Positions 56,143-64,000 of a stretch of DNA of 64,000 nt are shown one piece after another; positions within the stretch are counted from its first letter, which is position 1; the number at the start of each line of letters is the position of its first letter. Made by a program: the position numbers and the translations under genes. The notes under the pieces were generated by a model. The model had not been told where the DNA came from and made no database searches. It worked only from the letters and a program-made list of their open reading frames with translations. The stretch lies in the IMG/VR virus record IMGVR_UViG_3300026097_001223, positions 32,001 through 96,000 of that record. One strand, given 5' to 3'. The stretch is from a virus.

Positions 56143-56227
56143 TGTTACAAAACCGTAACACAAAGAAGTACCCCTTGAGGTATTCAAGATATATATGTTG
56201 AAAATGTAAAAAACATCTCTGTAAATA
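56142..56227 (+). promoter_or_regulatory. nrdA upstream region: inverted repeats and a late promoter core (56222-56227)
   Basis: GTGTTAC-N6-GTAACAC (56142-56161), near-perfect palindrome TTCAAGATATATATGTTGAA (56183-56202) and TAAATA. Confidence 0.45.
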
Positions 56228-56282
56228 AGAGCATGATGTATTCATGCCTATCTACAAATTCTAACCTAAAGAAGCAAAATAA

Positions 56283-58580
56283 ATGACACAGATCTACGTA
56301 ACGAAAAGAAAAGGAAATCGAGAACTTCTTGACCTTGAAAAACTGCATAAAGTTGTGTTCTGGGCTACAGAAAACATCAACGGTGTAAGTGCTAGTCAAG
56401 TAGAAATTGCCAGCAATGTGCAATTTTATAATGGTATTAAAACCGGCGACATTCAAGAGACGCTGATTAAAAGTGCAGCAGATCTAATCACAGAAGAAAC
56501 TCCGAACTATCAGCACGTGGCAGGTAGATTGATCTGTTATCATTTGCGTAAGCAGGTATACAATGATTTTACACCGTGGCATGTTCTTGATCTTGTGAAA
56601 AGAAATACCAAAATGGGCTTCTACGATCCAGAACTATTAAGCACCTATACAGAACAAGAATGGGATCGCATAAACAGTTTTATCAAGCATCACAGAGATG
56701 AAGACCTGACCTATGTCGCCATGGAACAGTTTCGTGGCAAGTATTTGGTGCAGAATCGTGTTACAAAAGAGATTTACGAAACACCACAAGTTGCCTATGT
56801 GCTGATTGCAGCTACACTGTTCAGCGATTATGACCCAGGTGTTAGATTACAGTATGTAAAAGACTACTATGATGCTATTAGCACACATCAAATCAGTTTG
56901 CCTACACCAGTAATGGCAGGAGTGCGCACCCCACAAAGACAGTTCAGCAGCTGTGTGTTGATAGAAAGTGATGACAGTCTCGACAGCATCAATGCTACTG
57001 CTAGCAGTATTGTAAAGTATGTGAGCCAGAAAGCTGGGATTGGTATAAATGCCGGAAGAATTAGAGCACTGGGCAGTCCAATTCGCAAAGGTGATGCTTA
57101 TCACACGGGCGTGGTTCCGTTTTACAAACTTTTTCAAAGCGCCACTCGTAGTTGTAGTCAAGGCGGTGTACGAAATGGTGCCGCTACGCTGTACTATCCA
57201 ATTTGGCACCTAGAAGTAGAAGATCTTCTTGTGCTTAAAAACAACAAAGGCACAGAAGACAATCGTGTGCGTCACATGGACTATGGTGTACAGTTTAACA
57301 AGGTCATGTATGAAAGACTGCTCAACGGTGAAGACATCACACTGTTTTCTCCGCACGATGTTCCTGAAATGTATGATGCATTTTTCTCGGATGTTGATCG
57401 TTTTCGTGAGCTCTATGAACGAGCAGAAAGAAACACACACATTCGCAAAAAACGTGTACCGGCAATTGATCTGTTTAGCTCTTTCTTGCAGGAACGCAAG
57501 GACACTGGTCGCATTTATCTAATGAATGTGGATCATGCCAACACACACGGAAGTTTTTTGCCTCAACATGCACCTGTAAAACAGAGCAATCTCTGTTGTG
57601 AGATTAATCTGCCTACAAAGCCACTGGACAGTGTCAACGACGAAGAAGGCGAAATTGCACTGTGCACACTGAGTGCAATCAACTGGGGAAGTTTTAAACA
57701 ACCCAGCGACATGGAAAAAGCCTGCGAGCTGGCTGTTCGTGGACTAGACGCACTTTTGACCTATCAAAACTACCCAATCAAAGCTGCCGAAAACAGCACT
57801 ATGAACCGGCGTCCGCTTGGAGTTGGCATAATTAATTTTGCATACTGGTTAGCCAAACAAGGTTATCGGTACAGTGACCCAGAGGCACTCAAAGAAGTTG
57901 ATCGCTGGGCACAACATTGGAGCTATTATTTGATAAAAGCCAGTGCCAAACTAGCCGAAGAATTTGGAGCTTGTCCGAAAAGCAACGAAACACGCTATCA
58001 CACAGGTGAACTGCCTGTAGATACCTATAAAAAAGATGTTGATGAGTTGGTAGCGCATGAAGATGCAGTAGACTGGACTGGTCTACGTGAGCAACTAAAG
58101 CAGTCGGGTATTCGAAATAGCACATTGATGGCACTGATGCCAGCAGAAACCAGTGCACAAATTTCTAACAGTACCAACGGAGTAGAGCCCCCGAGAAGCT
58201 ACATCAGCACCAAGCAAAGCAAGGATGGTGTACTCAAGCAGGTAGTACCGGAATACCGCAAGTTGAAAAATAAATATGACTTGTTATGGGATCAGTCAAG
58301 CCCAGAAGGGTATCTAAAAATCATGGCTATCCTACAAAAATATGTGGATCAAGGTATCAGTGTTAACACGTCTTACAATCCACAAAACTACGAAGAAGAA
58401 AAAATTCCAATGAGTGAAATGCTCAAGCATCTTGTGATGTTTTACAAGTATGGCGGAAAACAACTTTACTACTTTAATACTTTTGATGGCAGTGGCGAAA
58501 TCGATCTTGACAAGCTAAACGATACTCCACTTGAACCAGGTGCCGATGACGACGATGCCTGCGATGCTTGTGTAATTTAA
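56283..58580 (+). CDS. nrdA: Ribonucleotide reductase class Ia alpha subunit with ATP cone
   Basis: N-terminal ATP cone (VTKRKG...), FSSC, QGGVR.GA, SNLCCEI, PAETS and C-terminal CDAC. Confidence 0.97.
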   Translation: MTQIYVTKRKGNRELLDLEKLHKVVFWATENINGVSASQVEIASNVQFYNGIKTGDIQETLIKSAADLITEETPNYQHVAGRLICYHLRKQVYNDFTPWHVLDLVKRNTKMGFYDPELLSTYTEQEWDRINSFIKHHRDEDLTYVAMEQFRGKYLVQNRVTKEIYETPQVAYVLIAATLFSDYDPGVRLQYVKDYYDAISTHQISLPTPVMAGVRTPQRQFSSCVLIESDDSLDSINATASSIVKYVSQKAGIGINAGRIRALGSPIRKGDAYHTGVVPFYKLFQSATRSCSQGGVRNGAATLYYPIWHLEVEDLLVLKNNKGTEDNRVRHMDYGVQFNKVMYERLLNGEDITLFSPHDVPEMYDAFFSDVDRFRELYERAERNTHIRKKRVPAIDLFSSFLQERKDTGRIYLMNVDHANTHGSFLPQHAPVKQSNLCCEINLPTKPLDSVNDEEGEIALCTLSAINWGSFKQPSDMEKACELAVRGLDALLTYQNYPIKAAENSTMNRRPLGVGIINFAYWLAKQGYRYSDPEALKEVDRWAQHWSYYLIKASAKLAEEFGACPKSNETRYHTGELPVDTYKKDVDELVAHEDAVDWTGLREQLKQSGIRNSTLMALMPAETSAQISNSTNGVEPPRSYISTKQSKDGVLKQVVPEYRKLKNKYDLLWDQSSPEGYLKIMAILQKYVDQGISVNTSYNPQNYEEEKIPMSEMLKHLVMFYKYGGKQLYYFNTFDGSGEIDLDKLNDTPLEPGADDDDACDACVI

Positions 58581-58589
58581 GGACCTTAA

Positions 58590-59723
58590 ATGAAAAACAG
58601 TGTACTAGACTTAAAAACAAAAAGAAATCACACAGAAAGCAAGATCTTTCTTGATCCTACTGGCGGAGTAGGAGTACAACGCTATGATACATTAAAGTAT
58701 CGTGCATTTGACAAACTCACAGACAAACAGCTGGGATTTTTTTGGCGACCAGAAGAAGTAGACGTACTGCGTGATGCAAAGGATTTTCGCGACCTTACAG
58801 ATTACGAACAGCATATTTTTACGTCAAATCTCAAGCGTCAGATTGTGCTAGACAGTGTACAAGGTCGTAGTCCTAATCTTGCACTATTGCCATTGGTTAG
58901 TATTCCAGAAATGGAAACCTGGATTGAAACCTGGGCATTTTCAGAAACAATTCACAGTAGAAGTTATACTCATATCATTCGCAATGTCTACAGCGACCCT
59001 AGTCGAGTGTTTGACGAAATGACTGATATTGAAGAAATATCTGCATGCGGTCGCGACATATCCAAATACTACGACGATCTTATCGAAACTAGCCAATGGT
59101 ATCAACTGCTAGGCGAAGGTACGCATACCGTAAACGGCAAAACTATTACTGTGGATTTATATGATCTTAAAAAGAAACTGTGGTTATGTTTAGCTAGTGT
59201 GAATGTGCTTGAAGGTATTCGTTTTTATGTATCGTTTGCATGCTCATGGGCATTTGCAGAATTAAAGAAAATGGAAGGCAATGCCAAGATTATCAAGTTG
59301 ATTGCAAGAGATGAAAACGTGCATCTTGCTAGTACTCAACAGATGTTAAAGCTGTTGCCAACTGACGATCCTGATTTTGCACGAATCCAAGAAGAAACCA
59401 AACAGGAAATGATTGACATGTTTGTGGAAGCTGTGAATCAAGAAAAACAATGGGCATCATATTTGTTTAAACAAGGCAGTATGATTGGTCTGAACGAGCA
59501 ATTGTTAGGTGATTACATTGAGTGGATTGCCAACAAGCGCATGACTGCGATAGGGCTAGACAGTCCTTATCGCGGTGGTTCGAATCCGTTACCTTGGACT
59601 GCCAAGTGGATTGCCGGTGGCGATGTACAGGTAGCTCCGCAGGAAACGGAAATCACGAGTTACGTGATCGGTGGTACCAAGCAGGATATCACCCAAGATA
59701 CATTAACAGGACTAAGTCTATGA
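58590..59723 (+). CDS. nrdB: Ribonucleotide reductase class Ia beta subunit
   Basis: [22 protein letters not shown] (radical Tyr), LEGIRFY, RDENVH and VAPQETE. Confidence 0.97.
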   Translation: MKNSVLDLKTKRNHTESKIFLDPTGGVGVQRYDTLKYRAFDKLTDKQLGFFWRPEEVDVLRDAKDFRDLTDYEQHIFTSNLKRQIVLDSVQGRSPNLALLPLVSIPEMETWIETWAFSETIHSRSYTHIIRNVYSDPSRVFDEMTDIEEISACGRDISKYYDDLIETSQWYQLLGEGTHTVNGKTITVDLYDLKKKLWLCLASVNVLEGIRFYVSFACSWAFAELKKMEGNAKIIKLIARDENVHLASTQQMLKLLPTDDPDFARIQEETKQEMIDMFVEAVNQEKQWASYLFKQGSMIGLNEQLLGDYIEWIANKRMTAIGLDSPYRGGSNPLPWTAKWIAGGDVQVAPQETEITSYVIGGTKQDITQDTLTGLSL

Positions 59724-59989
59724 CCGTAAAACTATACTCAAAGGCATATTGCCCGCATTGTGCAAATGCGAAAGCAAAACTAAATGATTTAAACATTGCT
59801 TTCGAAGAAGTAAATATCGAAGGAGATCCGTCTGCTAGACAATATCTAGTCGAGCAGGGTTTTCGCACAGTGCCACAAATATTTGTCGACGATGAGTTAT
59901 TAGTTGAAGGCGGATGGCAAGGTCTTCGATCATTAAATGATCAAGACATCTATCAACGAGTAAATATTATTACAGAACAGGCAAGCTAA
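59720..59989 (+). CDS. nrdC: Glutaredoxin
   Basis: YSK.YCPHC and RTVPQIF; ATGA overlap with nrdB. Confidence 0.9.
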   Translation: MTVKLYSKAYCPHCANAKAKLNDLNIAFEEVNIEGDPSARQYLVEQGFRTVPQIFVDDELLVEGGWQGLRSLNDQDIYQRVNIITEQAS

Positions 59990-59992
59990 TAT

Positions 59993-60292
59993 ATGAAACT
60001 AAATCCAAACGAAGTCTATACCTTTAAACTAACCAGCGGCGAAGAAGTGGTTGCAAAGTTTATCAAGCAAGGAGACAGTGTGTACACCATTACTAATCCA
60101 TTAAGCGTGGCAATGGCACAGGAAGGCATGCAATTGATTGCCAGTGTGTTTACTGCAAAACCAGATCGACAAATGGAACTGCTGCGCAATTCAGTGAGCA
60201 TGATTGCTGAAACAAGACAGGAGTTGGAAAACAGTTACATTGAAGCAACCACTGGAGTAAAACCAGTTCAAAAACAAATCATAACAGGTTAA
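59993..60292 (+). CDS. Small Sm-like-fold hypothetical protein
   Basis: FKLTSGEEVVAK beta pattern. Confidence 0.55.
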   Translation: MKLNPNEVYTFKLTSGEEVVAKFIKQGDSVYTITNPLSVAMAQEGMQLIASVFTAKPDRQMELLRNSVSMIAETRQELENSYIEATTGVKPVQKQIITG

Positions 60293-60293
60293 C

Positions 60294-60581
60294 ATGCCTA
60301 GTATTGTAAGGATAGGAGATGCGAACGGTGCCGGTGGTGTAGCTACCGGCGGTGTTCCTCGTGTGATTGTAAATGGTCGCCCAATCAGCGTAAACGGCGA
60401 CAGTGTTACTCCTCATCCTTGTTGCGGACAGCCCGGATGTGCCGCACACTGCTCAGCAGTGACAACTCTAGGATCGTCTAGAGCAATAGCCGGCGGAATC
60501 CCAATTCAGTATATTGGATGTCCAGACAGTTGTGGCCATTCAAGAGCTCAGGGCAGTCCTAACAGCATTGTAGGACCTTGA
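60294..60581 (+). CDS. PAAR-repeat tail-tip protein
   Basis: RIGD, VNGRPI...GD...H and CGH...GS motifs with Cys/His Zn ligands. Confidence 0.9.
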   Translation: MPSIVRIGDANGAGGVATGGVPRVIVNGRPISVNGDSVTPHPCCGQPGCAAHCSAVTTLGSSRAIAGGIPIQYIGCPDSCGHSRAQGSPNSIVGP

Positions 60582-60582
60582 C

Positions 60583-62385
60583 ATGCCCAATAAAACTCCT
60601 CTTCAGACCAGTCTAGGATCCTATCTCAGCAAAGATCGAGGGTTACGTATTGACCCAGTAACAGTAGGAAACATAGCTGCATATCGTGCAGTAGAGCCAG
60701 TGAGCAGTTATCGCACAATGATCGCAGCCGGAGATTCTAACCTAGGAGCAAGCGCGGCAGCTACATTGCGCCAATTAAAAAGTGATAGCCTATACCCATT
60801 ATTGGATACAGATCCAAGCGACAGTACCAACAAGTTTACAGATATTGTGGAATCTCACATTAATTTAATTTTGCCCAGTGATCTAACTATTTTTACACAG
60901 GTGTATGGCATTGCTGGTGCAGGTATTATACAAAACAACAGTTTAATAGAAAGTAGTTCAGCTATCAACGAAAAGCTGGGCAGCACCTTTACCAGCATGG
61001 ATGATCTAGTCACAGGAGGATTCAGTCAAGTAAGCACGGATTTACCTGCGTTCGGCAGTGACCTAGCAAATGCCGGCAATGCTATAAACCTTGCATATCT
61101 AGACAGACTAGGAGAACCCAGTTTAACAGTTGCTACAATCAAAAAGTCTGCCAAAGGATTCAGTGGATTCAGATCGCAAATGATTGCACAAGGTGTAAAA
61201 GCCAGTGTTATTGACACAATAAGTTTAACGTCGGGCAGTCCTGGCTTATTGGCTGAAAGTCAAATATATCAAGCTATGAAAACTGTTACTGATACAGATC
61301 TACAAAATATCCTAGATATACTGTCCTGTTCTGTATCAGTGACATCTCTGGACCAATTATTGGATCTCAAGATACTATTGCCGAATAGTTTTACAACACT
61401 GCTAGCGCCAGATGCCGAAGGCAATAGTTACAACATATACTCGGGCAGTGGGTTAAACAGTGTGTTTTCTGATCTAGGAGTCGAGCTAGGTGGCACAGCT
61501 ACTACACCTGAACTTGCTGGAAGTGCAAAAGCACTTGCAAAAAGTCTAAAGCAGATCAAAAACATCTCAGGCAAGAGTACCGGAGCCATTGCAGCAACTG
61601 TTCAAAGCATCGAAGTTAGTACAGATTTGCCAGATATAAATTCGTTATCACAGCCAATTCCAACGGATGCACAAATTGACATTGATGCACTTGCACAGGG
61701 CAGTGGTGCCGATGGCACTTATGTTGTTGCGGATGCCATTGGTAGTGTAGCTGGTTATGATTTCGATCCACTGTTACCATTGACTGTGGCCAACATTGAG
61801 TACGTGTCCAGCGAAGGGTTTGCAGATATTTTGTTTAGCAACAGCGAAAGTGTATTTCCGTTGATAACCGATGTTATAAATGGAGTATACGGGTCTAATC
61901 CAGATATCTACGGAGGGTTAGGAAATACACTCCCGAGTTGGATTACTAGTTCAGGAAACGGGTATGGCACTATAGACAGTGCATGTATTAGTTTAGCTCC
62001 AGATGCACAAACACAAATCAATGGTGTAGTAAGCAATCTCTCGGCAAGCCTGGCAGGCACTGATGTTGCTAATGCAGTACAAACTGCAAATGGCTACTGG
62101 TCCACTTTGGGCAATCGAATTGCACTAGAAAAGACAATCTTAACCAGTACAGGTGTTGATTTTGCAAATCTACAAGGGCAAGCTAAAAGTCTATCTATAT
62201 CCTGGGCCGATGGTGTTGCAAGTTATGCACTGGACACACAAACAGGTGGCGCAAGTGAATTTATTACCAAGATTGCCAACATTGATGATATCAGCGGGCA
62301 GACCGTTGTAGCGGCACTGCGCGAACAGCGCACTATCAACAGCCTTCAAAATCTTGGCACACCGCCAGACTCAAATAACACTTGA
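60583..62385 (+). CDS. Putative baseplate/tail structural protein
   Basis: 600 aa, Ser/Gly/Ala/Thr-rich, immediately after PAAR. Confidence 0.5.
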   Translation: MPNKTPLQTSLGSYLSKDRGLRIDPVTVGNIAAYRAVEPVSSYRTMIAAGDSNLGASAAATLRQLKSDSLYPLLDTDPSDSTNKFTDIVESHINLILPSDLTIFTQVYGIAGAGIIQNNSLIESSSAINEKLGSTFTSMDDLVTGGFSQVSTDLPAFGSDLANAGNAINLAYLDRLGEPSLTVATIKKSAKGFSGFRSQMIAQGVKASVIDTISLTSGSPGLLAESQIYQAMKTVTDTDLQNILDILSCSVSVTSLDQLLDLKILLPNSFTTLLAPDAEGNSYNIYSGSGLNSVFSDLGVELGGTATTPELAGSAKALAKSLKQIKNISGKSTGAIAATVQSIEVSTDLPDINSLSQPIPTDAQIDIDALAQGSGADGTYVVADAIGSVAGYDFDPLLPLTVANIEYVSSEGFADILFSNSESVFPLITDVINGVYGSNPDIYGGLGNTLPSWITSSGNGYGTIDSACISLAPDAQTQINGVVSNLSASLAGTDVANAVQTANGYWSTLGNRIALEKTILTSTGVDFANLQGQAKSLSISWADGVASYALDTQTGGASEFITKIANIDDISGQTVVAALREQRTINSLQNLGTPPDSNNT

Positions 62386-62410
62386 CAGATAAATAATATA
62401 CGTATATTAT
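62382..62410 (+). promoter_or_regulatory. Sigma70-like promoter with an embedded TAAATA (62390-62395)
   Basis: TTGACA-N17-TATTAT. Confidence 0.6.
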
Positions 62411-62438
62411 AACAATACAGTGAGAAAAAGGTGTTGTT

Positions 62439-62618
62439 ATGAAACTTGTAATAGGCATTTTGTTAGGCATTCTAGGCACATTTTTGTATTTAGACCCAGC
62501 AGGAACTGCTGATACTTTAGAAAAGTATGCATCTGAAGGAAGGGAGATTGTAGATACTTTGCCCGACAAAGTGGACACAGTTTCGGAAAAAGTGAGTGGC
62601 ATTAGACTGGGTCAATGA
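62439..62618 (+). CDS. 59-aa membrane-anchored or secreted small protein missing from the ORF track
   Basis: MKLVIGILLGILGTFLYLDPAG...; directly downstream of the promoter. Confidence 0.6.
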   Translation: MKLVIGILLGILGTFLYLDPAGTADTLEKYASEGREIVDTLPDKVDTVSEKVSGIRLGQ

Positions 62619-63033
62619 CGTAGAACGAGCTAGAACACGTTCAGAAAAAATAGATGTAATTGAAAAAGCACTGATTGCTAGCAGATTAGGAAGTGCTAGT
62701 GCTCAGTGTTTTTTATACAATTGTTATCTCAGTTACAATCCAAATTATGTGTACTATATTAGACAAGTGCCTACAACCGCAAATCTATCGCATCAACCGA
62801 ATCCTTTTGTAAAATTTTGGGCACTGTGCGAAGCATTACACACTAGAAGCATTGTAGGAAAAAATATACAGATTGCAATCCTTGATACTAGTTCTAACTT
62901 TGACAGTCGTGTGTGGAATCAGATTTGTCGTGAAGTACTGCTCAAAAAGCTTGGACAAGGACTTACAACAAATATGTTAAATGCAGTACTGAAAAACACT
63001 GAGTGGGAAATACCAACAAAGCATGAACGTTGA
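62596..63033 (+). CDS. Stand-alone protein resembling the N-terminal DNA-binding domain of phage ATP-dependent DNA ligase
   Basis: SR..K..VI..AL...YNP...Y...F..L...L.TR...G...W...CR..L.K.L..G pattern; no KxDG catalytic domain; GTG start. Confidence 0.45.
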   Translation: MALDWVNDVERARTRSEKIDVIEKALIASRLGSASAQCFLYNCYLSYNPNYVYYIRQVPTTANLSHQPNPFVKFWALCEALHTRSIVGKNIQIAILDTSSNFDSRVWNQICREVLLKKLGQGLTTNMLNAVLKNTEWEIPTKHER

Positions 63034-63889
63034 TGCTGTTAAATGGTTACATGTAGAAGCTAGCAGTAGGTGTAATGCATGGTGTCCCGCATGCCCGAGA
63101 AACGTCAATGGATTTGGACTACGCCCTGGACTTGTGGAAACTGATCTTGATATAGACTCATTTGTAGAAACATTAAATGCATTGCCTAACCTTGAAGCTG
63201 TGCAGTTCTGCGGCAACGACGGTGACCCGATAGCACATAGAAATTTTATCGATTTAATTGATTTAATCCCAGACGATGTTTTTGTACAGATACACACCAA
63301 TGGCAGTTTACGTAACCGAGCTTGGTGGAAACAGCTTGCACAATCTCTGGAGTATCGCCGACATGAAATCTATTTTGGCATAGATGGACTAAAAGACACT
63401 CATAGGATATATAGACAAAACACTGATTGGAATAAAATTATAGCCAATGCCAGCGAGTTTATCAACAACAAAGGCACTGCTGTTTGGCAATTTATACCAT
63501 TCAAGCATAACCAGCATCAATTCATGGAATGCTACAGGCTCAGCCAACAGTTAGGGTTCCGTGATTTCAAGGTCGTGAAAACCTTTAGGTATCACAAAAG
63601 TCATGCAAGAGATTTCCGCACCGGCGAAGAGTACATGTTAGAGCCCAGTGATTTTTTTCTGGATATGTGGAATTCTAACAAGCCTGCAGAAGCACAGGAT
63701 TGTATGCATCTTTCTATACCGAGTGTGTATTTAGATGCACAAGGTCGAATCAGCGCATGCTGTTATCTAGCAGACAGCATTAATTTTAAAAATACCACAG
63801 AACTGTTTGCAAAATTGCAGATTGACAACAATGTAATTGCTAGTACGTCAACCTGTCAGTTCTGGTGTAGCGGATTAAGCGATAAATAA
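63023..63889 (+). CDS. Radical SAM protein with a C-terminal SPASM/Twitch-like region
   Basis: CNAWCPAC, FCGNDGDP, HTNGS and FGIDG; C-terminal C.H...YLDAQG.ISACC...C...C. Confidence 0.9.
   Translation: MNVDAVKWLHVEASSRCNAWCPACPRNVNGFGLRPGLVETDLDIDSFVETLNALPNLEAVQFCGNDGDPIAHRNFIDLIDLIPDDVFVQIHTNGSLRNRAWWKQLAQSLEYRRHEIYFGIDGLKDTHRIYRQNTDWNKIIANASEFINNKGTAVWQFIPFKHNQHQFMECYRLSQQLGFRDFKVVKTFRYHKSHARDFRTGEEYMLEPSDFFLDMWNSNKPAEAQDCMHLSIPSVYLDAQGRISACCYLADSINFKNTTELFAKLQIDNNVIASTSTCQFWCSGLSDK
63883..63888 (+). promoter_or_regulatory. Late promoter TAAATA, 5 nt before ATG
   Basis: TAAATA-AACTT-ATG(63894). Confidence 0.65.
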
Positions 63890-63893
63890 ACTT

Positions 63894-64000
63894 ATGTTCT
63901 TAGCTGTACTCACTCTTGTTACTGCACTTACTATCAGTGCTGTGGCAATCTATTATTCAGTAGCAGGCTTGGTGGCTATATTTGCCGCGGCAGCAGTGCC
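63894..64000 (+). CDS. Membrane protein, 3' end truncated by the window
   Basis: MFLAVLTLVTALTISAVAIYYSVAGLVAIFAAAAV, hydrophobic and open to the window end. Confidence 0.7.
   Translation, partial: MFLAVLTLVTALTISAVAIYYSVAGLVAIFAAAAV

Noticed and set aside
59577-59587. GGTTCGAATCC, a perfect tRNA T-loop motif
   Set aside because: It lies inside nrdB (encodes GSNP), with no acceptor stem, D-arm or anticodon arm around it.
59522-59719. Long N-terminal extension of the glutaredoxin
   Set aside because: It overlaps the nrdB C-terminus; the ATGA-coupled start at 59720 gives a normal-sized glutaredoxin.
12921-59723. Introns or inteins in terminase, uvsX, helicases, nrdA or nrdB
   Set aside because: All are continuous and of ordinary length, with no homing endonuclease or intein motifs.
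432-63300. Numerous 60-160 aa opposite-strand or off-frame ORFs in the track
   Set aside because: They are shadows fully overlapping well-supported genes, without motifs or start signals; only 32902, 42089 and 47843 on the minus strand occupy their own space.
1-64000. Stop-codon reassignment (seen in some large phages)
   Set aside because: Core genes are full length in the standard code and end in TAA, TAG and TGA with tight packing.

Overview
This is a 64-kb segment of a large T4-related (contractile-tailed, Caudoviricetes) phage genome; the lineage looks uncultured and probably aquatic (inference). It is densely coded, mostly on the + strand, in the standard genetic code. I found no tRNA, rRNA, CRISPR array, integrase, intron or intein. 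Recognisable core genes: tail sheath and tube, head-completion nuclease, large terminase, gp32 SSB, UvsX/UvsY/UvsW, primase, gp41 helicase, class Ia ribonucleotide reductase (nrdA, nrdB, glutaredoxin), PAAR and a beta-helix tail protein. Between these core genes sits a dispersed modification toolkit: five radical SAM paralogs, about six glycosyltransferase-like genes, a pyruvyl transferase, a cytidylyltransferase-cupin fusion, SGNH-like, sulfotransferase-like and methyltransferase genes. An island with sigma70-type promoters carries an amino-methyltransferase and a three-gene PD-(D/E)xK + DGQQR + EHxxP (GmrSD-like) nuclease module. Other notable elements: a 195-aa mini-DnaE retaining all three catalytic aspartates; a 617-aa fusion of a Pol-beta nucleotidyltransferase with a KxDG ligase-like domain; several proteins with T4 capsid-targeting-like N-termini; seven late genes with an invariant TAAATA-N5-ATG spacing that suggests leaderless mRNAs; and a candidate small RNA with an anti-Shine-Dalgarno loop. 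All functional calls come from motifs read by eye; no database search was run.
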